Shown: positions 54,822 to 64,000 of the stretch, piece after piece | Position numbering within the stretch: the first letter of the stretch is position 1 | How the letters are laid out: each line of letters opens with the position of its first letter | NCBI GenBank assembly: GCA_903939515.1 | Contig: CAJAHH010000086.1 | Location: 9,112 to 73,111, forward strand | Direction of reading: 5' to 3' | Length of the DNA stretch: 64,000 bases | Source of the DNA: an uncultured Verrucomicrobiota bacterium | GTDB lineage: Bacteria > Verrucomicrobiota > Verrucomicrobiia > Limisphaerales > UBA9464 | Translations under genes and position numbers: made by a program | The notes under the pieces: model-generated | Seen by the model: only the letters and a program-made list of their open reading frames with translations | Databases searched by the model: none | Told to the model about the DNA's origin: nothing

Positions 54822-55607
54822 TTGTCGACGGACGGGCCTCCTGCCACGACACCGAAATTGCAGACCTCTCTTCCAAACCACTACGCGGCACTGGGTCTCC
54901 ACCGCCGCTGCACCGCCGAGCATATCCGGAACGCTTACCGGCTGCTGGCCAAACAACACCACCCAGACCTCAACGGTGGTTCGGTGGATTCTCTGGAGCG
55001 GACCCAGGCGATCAACGCAGCGCATGAGGTCCTCAGTGATCCCGATCAACGGAACGCCTACGATCAGGAACTCACCGCGGCCGAGGTCCACACACAGCCG
55101 GTTCGGTCCGCCCGAATTCAGAAAAACCTCGCTCAAGACGTCCACCTGCAGCTCGACGAGTTTTTGCGCGGCACCCGATTAGAGGTCCGGGTGCAAGACC
55201 CCGCCAATCCGGATGGGGCTGAGACTTATTCTTTGGAGGTTTCGCCCGGAACTGCACCGGGAGCCCGTTTTCGCATTGCCCGAGAAGGCTATTTCCGCGG
55301 AGGCGCGGTGACGGTCCGGGTCAAACCTCGTCCGGATCCCCGATTCAAGGTGCGGGGCTCCGACCTTCGATGCGACCTGCGAATCACCAACGAGCGGGCC
55401 ACCAAGGGCGGGTCCGAAAACATCCGCGGCCTCAATGGTTCCCTGCGTGTGACGATCACTGCCGGGGTTGGGCGAGGCGAGGAGGTTCGGATTTCCGGCG
55501 AAGGCTTGCCCAAGACGCGCGGCGGCCGAGGCGACTTGCTTGTTCGGATCACCTACCGCCCAGAAGTTCGAATCACTCGAACCTCCGGACCCAGCGGGCC
55601 AAGATAG
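54822..55607 (+). CDS. J-domain protein with a DnaJ C-terminal-type domain and no zinc finger (CbpA-like)
   Basis: NHYAALGLHRRCTAEHIRNAYRLLAKQHHPDLN (HPD motif), then SDPDQRNAYD and beta-rich C-terminal repeats. The only start candidates before the J domain are TTG codons, and the start is uncertain. Confidence 0.75.
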   Translation: MSTDGPPATTPKLQTSLPNHYAALGLHRRCTAEHIRNAYRLLAKQHHPDLNGGSVDSLERTQAINAAHEVLSDPDQRNAYDQELTAAEVHTQPVRSARIQKNLAQDVHLQLDEFLRGTRLEVRVQDPANPDGAETYSLEVSPGTAPGARFRIAREGYFRGGAVTVRVKPRPDPRFKVRGSDLRCDLRITNERATKGGSENIRGLNGSLRVTITAGVGRGEEVRISGEGLPKTRGGRGDLLVRITYRPEVRITRTSGPSGPR

Positions 55608-55750
55608 CAACCTCGGCCAGAATCTCTTTTCCCTGCTCTACCCTGCGGTGCTCCAGAGTGTGACGATGGCTCAACTGGAGACAACCGATCCAGTCCTCCA
55701 GTCGAACTCATCTTCCGGGAAGCCTCCGAACTCGGCGTGGCTTGTACCCC

Positions 55751-56686
55751 TCACTTCATGGGCGCACCCGGTTCTTGCCGGCCATTGGTCGTCAGTATCT
55801 GGAAGTGATGAACCCCAGCGGCTAGCGGATGATCGCTGGTCCAAACAATTTTGCGGTCGTGGTTCACCTCCACCATGGAGACACCCTGATTGGCCGCATG
55901 GCTGCCGACCACGGTGTTTCCGTTGGCCAGGCGCTGGGATCCACAGGGGTCTTTGAAAATGCCGCCGACATCGTCGTTGGTGACCTTCCAAGCGATCGTA
56001 CCCGACGGAGTGAATTCGGCCACCTTGTTGCCATGCGTGAGCGACACGAGCGTGTTGCCGTTGTCCAACCGAATGGCGGTGAACGGCCAGTTCTCGGCCG
56101 GACGGCCTCCGAGCTCAGCCAGGTCGGTCCGCAACGTGGCGACGACCTTACCGTCCGGGGTGTACTCCTTGACCGCGAACGCCAACAGATGGGGTACGAG
56201 GTAATTGCCGTTCTTCAGTTGTCGGGCCATGCGGGTTTGCATGTGGGCGTTTTCGGTCTCGGGCTGGAGCGGCGTCTCATGAACGATCGCCCCGTGGCCG
56301 TCGACTTCAAGCAACCGAGGCCGCTTCCCCAGCTCGGTGACCAGCGTGTTGCCGTTGTACAAACGCTGCACGGTTCCGATCTCGGAATTGTCCGGATTGC
56401 GGGTGTACGAGAAGACCACCTGCTTGGCTGGAGTCACCTCTTCCACCCGGTCTGACCAGGCCAATACTGCATTTCCATTGGGCAACACGAATCCGTCTCG
56501 AGTCCCGCCTCGGTACTCCCAGCGGGCTGCACCGTCCTCGCCGATGATGGCCGTCTTGCCGCCCATCACGAGGTAAGAGTGTCGTATTGATGAGGCCGCT
56601 TTGTCTTCGGCCAGTCCGGTAGAAGCAGATGCCAGGACGAGGATCCAGGCGGCGCAGGAGCGATGGAGTGAGCGATGGGCATTCAT
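55751..56686 (-). CDS. Exported beta-propeller-like protein (family not resolved)
   Basis: From the ATG at 56686 there is a signal peptide (AAWILVLASASTGLA), then repeated NGN-motif blades (LPNGNAVLAW, LYNGNTLVTE, LKNGNYLVPH, LDNGNTLVSL, LANGNTVVGS). Confidence 0.65.
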   Translation of the reverse strand: MNAHRSLHRSCAAWILVLASASTGLAEDKAASSIRHSYLVMGGKTAIIGEDGAARWEYRGGTRDGFVLPNGNAVLAWSDRVEEVTPAKQVVFSYTRNPDNSEIGTVQRLYNGNTLVTELGKRPRLLEVDGHGAIVHETPLQPETENAHMQTRMARQLKNGNYLVPHLLAFAVKEYTPDGKVVATLRTDLAELGGRPAENWPFTAIRLDNGNTLVSLTHGNKVAEFTPSGTIAWKVTNDDVGGIFKDPCGSQRLANGNTVVGSHAANQGVSMVEVNHDRKIVWTSDHPLAAGVHHFQILTTNGRQEPGAPMK

Positions 56687-56823
56687 GGGAAGTACGTAAG
56701 ACCCTCCAACCTCCAGCCTCCGGGCCCAAGGTAAAAATAACCGAGACCCAAACACAGTTTAGCCCTGAGAAAGACCTCCCCACCGCACCGCTGCATCCCT
56801 AGCCTCCAAGACCATTCTCCCGG

Positions 56824-59800
56824 ATGAAACTGCTCACACTCATTGCCCTCACGACCCTCATCGGAAGCGTGGTCCTAGGCCAAAGCCCTTCGACCGATCC
56901 CTCAGTCGGTCTTGAATTTTTCGAGCAGCGTGTGCGGCCAGTGCTGGTGGAGCATTGCCACGAGTGCCACAGCACCTCGGCTAAGAAACTTCAGGGCGGT
57001 CTCCGCCTAGACTCGCGCGCGGGTCTTATCGCGGGTGGTGATACCGGCCCGGCCATTATTTCCGGCAAGCCCGAGGCAAGTCTCCTCATCCGGGCTGTAA
57101 ACCATGCCGATGCGGAGTCGGCAATGCCCCCCAAACGCCCTCAACTCGCCCAGCAGGTCCGACAGGATCTCGAGCGCTGGGTGGCGGCCGGTGCCCCGTG
57201 GCCCGCCAGCGAGGCAGCGGACGCTCCGACCAAAGTTCCCTTCGATCTGGAAGCCCGCCGCAAGGCACAAGCCTGGCTCTGGGAGCCCCCCCAACGGCAG
57301 GATATCCCAGTGGTTCGCCAAGCCCAGTGGGCCAAGGACCCCGTCGATCATTTCATCCTAAAGCCCCTCGAAGAACGCTGGCTGCGGCCGGCGGAACCCG
57401 TCAGCGATGCGGTCTGGCTGCGACGAGCCAGCTTCGCAGTGACCGGACTCCCGCCCCGTCCCGAAGATCAGCAGGCCCTAGATAGCCAGGCCGGTCCGAC
57501 CGAACGCGAACACGCCGTCGATCAACTGCTCGCCTCCCCCCACTTCGGCGAGCGTTGGGCGCGCCACTGGATGGACTTGATGCGCTATGCGGAGTCCCGC
57601 GGCCATGAGTCCGACTACGGCATCGCCAACGCTTGGCAGTACCGCGACTACCTCGTCCGCGCCTTCAACCAAGACGTGCCCTACGACCGGTTTCTGCAGG
57701 AACACCTCGCCGGGGATTTGCTCACCCCGCCCCGACTGCGTCCGGGAACCGAACACAATGAATCCGTCTTGGGCACCGGCTGGGCTTTCCTCGGAGAGGA
57801 AGTGCATTCGCCAGTAGATATTCGCCAGGACGAATGCGACCGCATCGATAACAAAATCGATGTCTTCACCAAGTCTTTCCTGAGCCTGACGGTGGCCTGT
57901 GCTCGATGCCATGACCACAAGTTCGACCCCATCCGCAGCCAAGACTACTACGCGCTGTCTGGGTTTATCTTGGGGTCGAATTATCGCCAGGTGCGCTTTG
58001 AGGCCATGGAGAACAATCGGCGGATGGCTCAGCGCCTCCAAGAACTCCGCACCCGGCTTCTACCTCCTTTGGCTCGCCGCGCCGGAACTGTGCTGCGGCC
58101 CGCGGCTCAGCGTCTGACGGGCACCCTGATGGCCGCCCTCCAGAAAAAGGAAACACTCCTCCCAGCAGCACGGGCTTGGATCACCGAACTGCAGTCGGCC
58201 ACCACCAACCAGCAGCACCTGCTGCACCCGCTGGTCCAACCCGAGGCTCGCGGTAACGGGTCCGAGCCCGAGCTCAGCGAACCCACGGGGATGCGGGTCA
58301 TCGCCGATTTCACGCGGCCCGGCGTCCAACCTTGGAAAGCCGATGGCGAGGCCTTCGGATCAGGCCCCTTGGCCCTCGGAATTCTGGTGCCCGGATCCAG
58401 TGAATCGCAGCCCATCGCTCGAATCCTAAACTTTGGCGCGGCCCGCCGAGACGCCTTCTGGAATAGACTCTCCAACGCCCCGGGCAACGAGAACGACTCC
58501 GGTCGCATCGGATCCACGGCCCGGGCCGGTCAAATGCTGCGGACCTCCACCGTCACCCTAAAATCCGGCCGACTGCACTACCTGATCCGCGGCAAAGTGC
58601 GGGTCTTTGCTTCCGTCGATTCACACCTGATGGCGGAAGGTCCGCTTCACGGGGCCCTGAACCAGACCTTCGACACGGGAGATTCTCTGGAGCCCCGATG
58701 GGTAACCCACGCACTCGGCGCTTACTCGGGCCACCGAGCACACATTGAATTCGGGCCCGATGGGTCACGAGACCTCGAGATCCTTCAGGTGGTGGAGTCC
58801 GAATTGGTCCCAACCTGGAAACCCACCCTTCTGTTTCCGGGTGCCCATCGGGAGACCTCGACCCAAGCCCTGGTTGAATCATTGCAGAAGCTTGGAATAG
58901 AAGCCTGTGACTGGCTCGAAGGCCGGAGCACGAACACACCGGCCCCCGCTACCCTTCGGTGGGCCGAATGGTGGATTCAGCACCCGGAGCTTTCGGACCT
59001 GTCGACCGACCTCGAGTATCGAAAACTCGCTCGGCAACTGATGCAGGGGCAGGACGAACTGGCGCGCCAAGTCACCTGGCAATCGCGGACCGCCGTGGCC
59101 TGGATGGACGGCACCGGGGTTGATGAACATGTCCTCGTCCGCGGAAAGCCACTCAAGCCAGGCATCTTGGCCCCTCGCAGCCTCCCAGCCGTCTTCCAGG
59201 GAGCCAAACCCATCCAACCCACCGATTCCAGCGGTCGGCTAGAGTTGGCTCGTCAGTTGGCCAATCCTTCCAACCCGCTGGTGGCCCGCGTCTGGGTCAA
59301 CCGGGTCTGGCATCACCTCTTCGGGCGAGGCCTCGTACCCACCGTGGACAACTTCGGTGCTCTAGGAGAACGACCCACCCACCCCGAATTGCTCGACCAT
59401 TTGGCTTGGCAATTCGTCCATGTCGATCGTTGGTCCACCAAGCAACTCATCCGCCGACTGCTCCTCACCCAGACCTATGGCATGGCCAGCCAAACCGCCG
59501 ACACTCGAGCGCCTGAACTGGATCCTGCCAACCAGTGGTGGCATCGGATGCCGGTGCGGCGCCTGGAGGCCGAAGCGATCCACGATGCGCTCCTCGTGGT
59601 CTCGGGCCGATTCAATCCGACTCTGGGGGGCCCACCCGTGCCGGTCCACCTGACCGAGTTCGTGATCGGACGCGGCCGTCCCGATCAGAGCGGTCCGCTC
59701 GATGGCAACGGACGCCGAAGCGTGTACACGGCGTTGCGACGCAATTTCCTGCCGACCACCCTCCAAGCCTTCGACTTCCCTACCCCGTTCAGCACCGTGG

Positions 59801-60111
59801 GCCGACGCAACATCACCAATGTACCGGCACAATCCTTGGCAGTGATGAATGATCCGTTCTTCCACCAACAAGCGGAAGCCTGGGCCCGTCGGCTCCTCGA
59901 AGAGTACCCACAGGCCGACGCGCCCACGCGAATCCGAGCGTTGTTCACCCGCGCCTACAATCGCCTTCCGACACCGACCGAACTGGAGTCCTGTCAAACT
60001 ACGCTCGTTGAATTGAAGGCACTCCACGCGTCGAACCCGTCAGGTGCAGACATCTGGACCGACCTCTGCCACGCCCTGCTCAACGCCAACGAGTTCATTT
60101 ACCTGCCTTGA
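56824..60111 (+). CDS. PSCyt1 (CxxCH) + DUF1549 + DUF1553 protein
   Basis: A signal peptide is followed by FFEQRVRPVLVEHCHECHS. The DUF1549 core is LTVACARCHDHKFDPIRSQDYYALSGF. The DUF1553 region is NRVWHHLFGRGLVPTVDNFG...FDFPTPFSTVGRRNITNVPAQSL. Confidence 0.9.
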   Translation: MKLLTLIALTTLIGSVVLGQSPSTDPSVGLEFFEQRVRPVLVEHCHECHSTSAKKLQGGLRLDSRAGLIAGGDTGPAIISGKPEASLLIRAVNHADAESAMPPKRPQLAQQVRQDLERWVAAGAPWPASEAADAPTKVPFDLEARRKAQAWLWEPPQRQDIPVVRQAQWAKDPVDHFILKPLEERWLRPAEPVSDAVWLRRASFAVTGLPPRPEDQQALDSQAGPTEREHAVDQLLASPHFGERWARHWMDLMRYAESRGHESDYGIANAWQYRDYLVRAFNQDVPYDRFLQEHLAGDLLTPPRLRPGTEHNESVLGTGWAFLGEEVHSPVDIRQDECDRIDNKIDVFTKSFLSLTVACARCHDHKFDPIRSQDYYALSGFILGSNYRQVRFEAMENNRRMAQRLQELRTRLLPPLARRAGTVLRPAAQRLTGTLMAALQKKETLLPAARAWITELQSATTNQQHLLHPLVQPEARGNGSEPELSEPTGMRVIADFTRPGVQPWKADGEAFGSGPLALGILVPGSSESQPIARILNFGAARRDAFWNRLSNAPGNENDSGRIGSTARAGQMLRTSTVTLKSGRLHYLIRGKVRVFASVDSHLMAEGPLHGALNQTFDTGDSLEPRWVTHALGAYSGHRAHIEFGPDGSRDLEILQVVESELVPTWKPTLLFPGAHRETSTQALVESLQKLGIEACDWLEGRSTNTPAPATLRWAEWWIQHPELSDLSTDLEYRKLARQLMQGQDELARQVTWQSRTAVAWMDGTGVDEHVLVRGKPLKPGILAPRSLPAVFQGAKPIQPTDSSGRLELARQLANPSNPLVARVWVNRVWHHLFGRGLVPTVDNFGALGERPTHPELLDHLAWQFVHVDRWSTKQLIRRLLLTQTYGMASQTADTRAPELDPANQWWHRMPVRRLEAEAIHDALLVVSGRFNPTLGGPPVPVHLTEFVIGRGRPDQSGPLDGNGRRSVYTALRRNFLPTTLQAFDFPTPFSTVGRRNITNVPAQSLAVMNDPFFHQQAEAWARRLLEEYPQADAPTRIRALFTRAYNRLPTPTELESCQTTLVELKALHASNPSGADIWTDLCHALLNANEFIYLP

Positions 60112-60113
60112 AC

Positions 60114-61574
60114 ATGATGCCTCCCCATTCCTCCTCAGGAACTCCCGGGCTGCGAATGACCCGTCGAGAACTCTTGCGCCGCGCTTCCAACGGATTCGGG
60201 ACCCTGGCCTTGGGGTCCCTGCTTTCCCAGTCCAGCCACTCCCAGTTGGCCGCCGCAGTCCGAGGCACTCAATCGGGCCCGCTTGCTACACCCCATTTTC
60301 CAGCCAAGGCCCGCAGTGTTCTTTTCTTGTTCATGGAAGGGGCCGTGTCTCAGGTGGACAGTTTCGATCACAAGCCGTTGCTGGCGAAGTACCATGGCCA
60401 AGACGCCCACAAGGCCATGGGACGGATCGAGAAGACTCAGTTCGACAGCATCGGAACCATTCTCAAATCGCCCTGGCAGTTCCGCCAACACGGCCAAAGC
60501 GGCCTCTGGATTAGTGACCTCTTCCCGCACATCGCCCGTCAGGCCGACGACCTGTGCGTGCTGCGATCCATGACCTCCAACTTCCCGGAACACACCAGCG
60601 CCAACTACTTCCTCCATAGCGGGATCGGCCTTCAGGGACGCCCGAGCATGGGAGCCTGGGTAAACTACGGGTTGGGCTCGCTCAATGACAACCTGCCGGG
60701 CTACGTGGTGCTCAATGGCGGTCAGATTCCATCCGGAGGGCTCGACAATTTTGGCAGCGGTTTCCTGCCGGCCACCCATCAGGGTTCCCTAATTCATGCC
60801 CAAGGGACTCCACTGGCCAACGTGGTGCCGTCTGAAAAGCAGGCTCAATTGCAACAAACCAAACAGCGCCTCGTTCGTCGGCTCAACGAGCACGCACTCG
60901 AACAATCCGGAGGAGTCGATGCGCTGGAATCGGCGATCCACAATTATGAATTGGCAGCCCGCATGCAGGTGACCATCCCTGAGTTAATGGACATCTCCAA
61001 CGAGACGGCGGCAACCCGGGCGCTGTACGGCCTCGACGCTCCGTACGAACACACCCGCACTTATGCGCGCGAATGCATCTTGGCCCGGCGCATGGTCGAA
61101 CGAGGCGTGCGCCTCGTCGAACTCACCATCCCGATGGTCGATGGCTACAGCCGCTGGGATGCCCATGGCGGTCTCGTGAAGAACCACGGCGACAACGCGC
61201 GCGCCGTCGACCAACCCATTGCCGGATTGCTCATGGACTTGAAACAGCGCGGATTGCTCGACGAAACGCTCGTCGTCTGGGCCGGAGAATTCGGCCGTAC
61301 CCCCTTTGCCCAAGGCAACGACGGCCGCGACCACAATGAGCACGGCTTCTCGGTATGGCTGGCCGGTGGCGGCGTGCGTGGGGGCATGACCTACGGACAG
61401 ACCGACGACTGGGGTTACAAGTCCGTGGTAAACCGCCTGGAGATGCATGACTTGCACGCCACCGTTCTGCACCAATTGGGAATCCATCACGAACGGCTGA
61501 CCTATCGCTTCGGCGGACGCGACATCCGACTCACCGACGTCAAAGGCGAAGTGATCCGGGAAATCCTCGCGTGA
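60114..61574 (+). CDS. Tat-exported DUF1501 protein
   Basis: TRRELLRRASNGFGTLALGSLL, RWDAHGG, GEFGRTPF and GRDHNEHGF. The ATG lies 2 nt after the upstream stop; the track start 60108 is TTG. Confidence 0.88.
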   Translation: MMPPHSSSGTPGLRMTRRELLRRASNGFGTLALGSLLSQSSHSQLAAAVRGTQSGPLATPHFPAKARSVLFLFMEGAVSQVDSFDHKPLLAKYHGQDAHKAMGRIEKTQFDSIGTILKSPWQFRQHGQSGLWISDLFPHIARQADDLCVLRSMTSNFPEHTSANYFLHSGIGLQGRPSMGAWVNYGLGSLNDNLPGYVVLNGGQIPSGGLDNFGSGFLPATHQGSLIHAQGTPLANVVPSEKQAQLQQTKQRLVRRLNEHALEQSGGVDALESAIHNYELAARMQVTIPELMDISNETAATRALYGLDAPYEHTRTYARECILARRMVERGVRLVELTIPMVDGYSRWDAHGGLVKNHGDNARAVDQPIAGLLMDLKQRGLLDETLVVWAGEFGRTPFAQGNDGRDHNEHGFSVWLAGGGVRGGMTYGQTDDWGYKSVVNRLEMHDLHATVLHQLGIHHERLTYRFGGRDIRLTDVKGEVIREILA

Positions 61575-61635
61575 CCCAATCGCCCGATTTCGTTTTTACT
61601 ACGACTACTCCAGATCCCGCATCGCACACCCCATC

Positions 61636-62919
61636 ATGAACACCCACAACCCGCTGACACGCCGGAGCTTCCTCCGCAACTCCATCGCCGCGATGGCCAC
61701 CGTGGCCATTGTCCCTCGACATGTTCTTGGCGGCGCCGGCCATACGCCTCCGAGCGAAATCCTGACCCGCGCCGTCATTGGTACCGGCGGCATGGGCATG
61801 GGACATGTCAACACCATCAACACCACCTGCAAATTGCTGGCGGTCTGCGACGTAGACTCCAACCACCTCGCCCAGGCGGTGAAGGCCGGCGGCCCTGATT
61901 GCAAAGGTTACAAAGATTTCCGCGAAGTCCTCGCCCGCAAGGACATCGACATCGTCCATGTGCCCACCCCTCCGCACTGGCATGCCATCATCTCCATCGC
62001 CGCAGCCAAGGCGGGTAAGGACATTTGGTGCGAGAAGCCGATGACGCGGACCATCGCCGAGGGACGTGCGGTCGTCGCCGCGGTCAAGAAGCACAAGCGC
62101 ATCTTCCGCCTCAACACCTGGTTCCGCTTCCAGGACAGCTTCTACGGCATGGGCGTGCCGGTAAAAGACATCCGCAAAGCGGTGATGCACGGGATGCTGG
62201 GCGACGGTCCGCTGAAGGTTACTCTCAACGCTTCAACCGGCTTCGATTGGAAGTTTTATTGGATCGGCCGCACCGACCTGACACCCCAAGCCGTCCCATC
62301 TGAACTCGATTACGACTTCTGGCTCGGGCCTGCCCCGTACAAGCCTTACCACGCGCACCGCGTGCACGGCACCTTTCGCGGCTATTGGGACTACGATGGA
62401 GGAGGCCTGGGAGACATGGGTCAGCACTACCTCGACCCCGTGCAGTACATCCTCGGCAAGGACAACGAAAGCCCGGTGGAAATCGAGTCCGACGCCCCGG
62501 TGCAAGATACGGATGCGGTAGGCACCTTCCGGACCATCCGGATGAAATACAAAGACGGCACCGAGATTATCTTGGACGGCGAAAACAAGGACAAACAGGC
62601 CGCGTTCATCGCTGGTTCCAAGGGCAAAATCTTCAAAGGCATGAAGGCCGACATCCCGAACTTCGAGCAAACCCTCAAGGGACTGAGGGATCCGGAACCC
62701 ATGGTCACTGACTTCGTCCAGGCCGTGAAGACCCGCTCCAAGTTCGCCCTCAACGAGATCAATGGCCACCGCTCCTGCACCCTGGTGAACCTCGCCAAGA
62801 TCGCCCTGCAAACGGGCCGACCACTGCGGTATGACTCCAAGAAGGAGACCTTCATCGGCGACAAGGCGGCCAACGCCTACCTCGATCAGCCAATGCGCGG
62901 GAATTGGAAGCTCAGCTAA
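61636..62919 (+). CDS. Tat-exported Gfo/Idh/MocA-family oxidoreductase
   Basis: TRRSFLRNSIAAMATVAIVP leader, RAVIGTGGMGMGH Rossmann motif and WCEKPM. Confidence 0.85.
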   Translation: MNTHNPLTRRSFLRNSIAAMATVAIVPRHVLGGAGHTPPSEILTRAVIGTGGMGMGHVNTINTTCKLLAVCDVDSNHLAQAVKAGGPDCKGYKDFREVLARKDIDIVHVPTPPHWHAIISIAAAKAGKDIWCEKPMTRTIAEGRAVVAAVKKHKRIFRLNTWFRFQDSFYGMGVPVKDIRKAVMHGMLGDGPLKVTLNASTGFDWKFYWIGRTDLTPQAVPSELDYDFWLGPAPYKPYHAHRVHGTFRGYWDYDGGGLGDMGQHYLDPVQYILGKDNESPVEIESDAPVQDTDAVGTFRTIRMKYKDGTEIILDGENKDKQAAFIAGSKGKIFKGMKADIPNFEQTLKGLRDPEPMVTDFVQAVKTRSKFALNEINGHRSCTLVNLAKIALQTGRPLRYDSKKETFIGDKAANAYLDQPMRGNWKLS

Positions 62920-63104
62920 TCTAACTCTCCGTAAAACTCCCAATAGCAGGATGCCGGTCGGTCCGGTTTGTTGCCCAAGCGCATCACCCAGGCCGTCTGG
63001 CATCCTGTCTTGAGATCCGTGTCCAATTCCTCGGTGACCTCCTTCAGGAACAGAATGTCGGCGACCTGAAACCCTGCCGACTCGGCGACAGCCCGGTCAC
63101 TGGC

Positions 63105-63141
63105 CCCTGCGCGTAGGGGTCCGGGCGCAGGGTACTTATTT
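63105..63141 (+). terminator. Hairpin plus T-rich tract in the convergent spacer (possible terminator)
   Basis: CCCTGCGC (63105-63112) pairs with GCGCAGGG (63125-63132) across a 12-nt loop. TACTTATTTT follows and abuts the stop of the minus-strand CPBP gene. Confidence 0.4.
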
Positions 63142-63863
63142 TAGTGGTCTAGTCGGATATCCAGCGCCAGCAGGACAAAGGGGGCAGTATTAAAAGTCAC
63201 ATGCGCAGCGATGGGCGTCAGGAGATTTCCGGAGTGCTGGTACAGCAGGCTCAGGAGGCATCCGAAGACCGTCAGCGGCACCAGGACACTCCGATTGGCG
63301 TGGATCAAACCGAAGGCGAGCGCAGTTCCCCAGAGAGCCAGGCGGGGCCATCCAAGGTCTTGGAAAAACGGAAAGGCCACGCCTCGAAACAGCATCTCTT
63401 CGACCCAGGGAGCACCCAGTGCGGCTGTCAGGAAAATCGCCGCACGCCCCCAAGTATCAGCTTCGGTGAGAATCCCGATGGCCGTCTGCGCGGGCAATTC
63501 GACCCCCATGGTCTGAAGCCAGGAACCAATGGCCCATTGCAGTCCGTAGGCCGCCGGGAGAAAAGCTAACCCCGCCAGAACACCCATCCCCACCGCGCGC
63601 GCACTCCCTCCCACCTGCAATCCAAAGCCTTCGCTCCAGGTGCGGCCTTGATTCCTCATGAAACTCACCATCGCTGCCACCACGATGGCATGGAAACACA
63701 ACTGACCGAGAACCAAGGCCTTCCACGGTGCCATCAGCGTTGCGCCGGCGGTATTCGGGTGCATCACCAGCGACTGAAGGAGGCCAGACAGCACGAAGCC
63801 GATGAGTACCCGAAGGGTCAGTCGGAGGATTTCCTCGGGTTTCCAGTCCCGTCGCTCAATCAT
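63141..63863 (-). CDS. CPBP-family intramembrane glutamic endopeptidase (CAAX protease-like)
   Basis: The protein is polytopic, with EEMLFRGV (EExxxR), FGLIHA (FxxxH) and AHVTFN (HxxxN) motifs. Confidence 0.85.
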   Translation of the reverse strand: MIERRDWKPEEILRLTLRVLIGFVLSGLLQSLVMHPNTAGATLMAPWKALVLGQLCFHAIVVAAMVSFMRNQGRTWSEGFGLQVGGSARAVGMGVLAGLAFLPAAYGLQWAIGSWLQTMGVELPAQTAIGILTEADTWGRAAIFLTAALGAPWVEEMLFRGVAFPFFQDLGWPRLALWGTALAFGLIHANRSVLVPLTVFGCLLSLLYQHSGNLLTPIAAHVTFNTAPFVLLALDIRLDH

Positions 63864-64000
63864 GGGGTGACCATGAGGGATCGGCCGGTGCTTGGCGAAA
63901 CCTCAATCCTTCCAGCCTCGCGGGGGACCTCAGCGAAGCGGGGCCCACTTCTCCACCGTCCTCAAACCAGAGTACCATTTTCCATCGAAATTATCCGATC

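Noticed and set aside
54460-55182. 240-aa plus-strand ORF, extremely Arg/Pro-rich
   Set aside because: It overlaps the J-domain gene out of frame, and its composition is implausible for a real protein. The J-domain frame has the clear HPD motif.
63864-64000. Open frames running off the right edge of the window on both strands
   Set aside because: Only about 45 codons are visible, several frames are open and no motif is recognisable, so none can be assigned.
1-64000. Search by eye for CRISPR arrays, tRNA/rRNA genes, IS elements, integrases, toxin-antitoxin pairs and known defence-system domains
   Set aside because: I found no regularly spaced direct repeats apart from the octamer tract at 45201-45251. 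I saw no cloverleaf-like sequences in the spacers and no transposase, recombinase, nuclease-helicase or NTPase combinations typical of defence islands. The window looks like core chromosome.

Overview
Moderately GC-rich chromosomal segment. Its gene content points to the PVC superphylum (Verrucomicrobiota or Planctomycetota); this is an inference from the families present: two DUF1549/DUF1553 (PSCyt/PSD1) + DUF1501 loci, Tat-signal Gfo/Idh/MocA oxidoreductases, DUF1080, CRTAC1/ASPIC and an H-X9-DG-type pseudopilin. I recognised no rRNA, tRNA, CRISPR array, transposase, integrase or phage genes. Layout: (1) 1-2281, a partial RCC1/Ig-like secreted protein that is absent from the ORF track. (2) 2502-12413, a tightly packed nine-gene minus-strand array: five uncharacterised proteins including two TPR proteins, a FleQ-like sigma-54 activator, a HisKA_3 kinase, a stand-alone receiver, and a receiver fused to a degenerate HD-GYP domain. 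(3) Diverging from it, 12531-18822, a flagellar rod/ring/hook-junction operon (flgF-flgG-flgA-flgH-flgI-flgJ-like-FlgN-like-flgK), followed by an unusual coiled-coil membrane protein. The 117-bp divergent spacer carries two back-to-back sigma-54-type promoters. (4) Housekeeping genes (MBL hydrolase, plsC, aroB, murJ, trpC, ogt, squalene/phytoene synthase family, SDR). (5) A second sigma-54-type activator that lacks the GAFTGA loop. (6) A polysaccharide export trio (beta-barrel, Wza, Wzc). (7) yacG, DUF2905 and pilT. (8) Two loci of the functionally unknown DUF1549/DUF1553 + DUF1501 pair, one extended by a PPC-domain protein and a cytochrome-c/WD40 protein. The best candidates for undescribed biology are the flagellum-linked nine-gene array with its c-di-GMP-type signalling parts, and the four-gene DUF1549/1553-DUF1501-PPC-cytochrome/WD40 operon. 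All calls come from reading motifs by eye; no database search was run. The ORF track uses GTG/TTG starts, so several N-termini were trimmed to better-supported ATGs.
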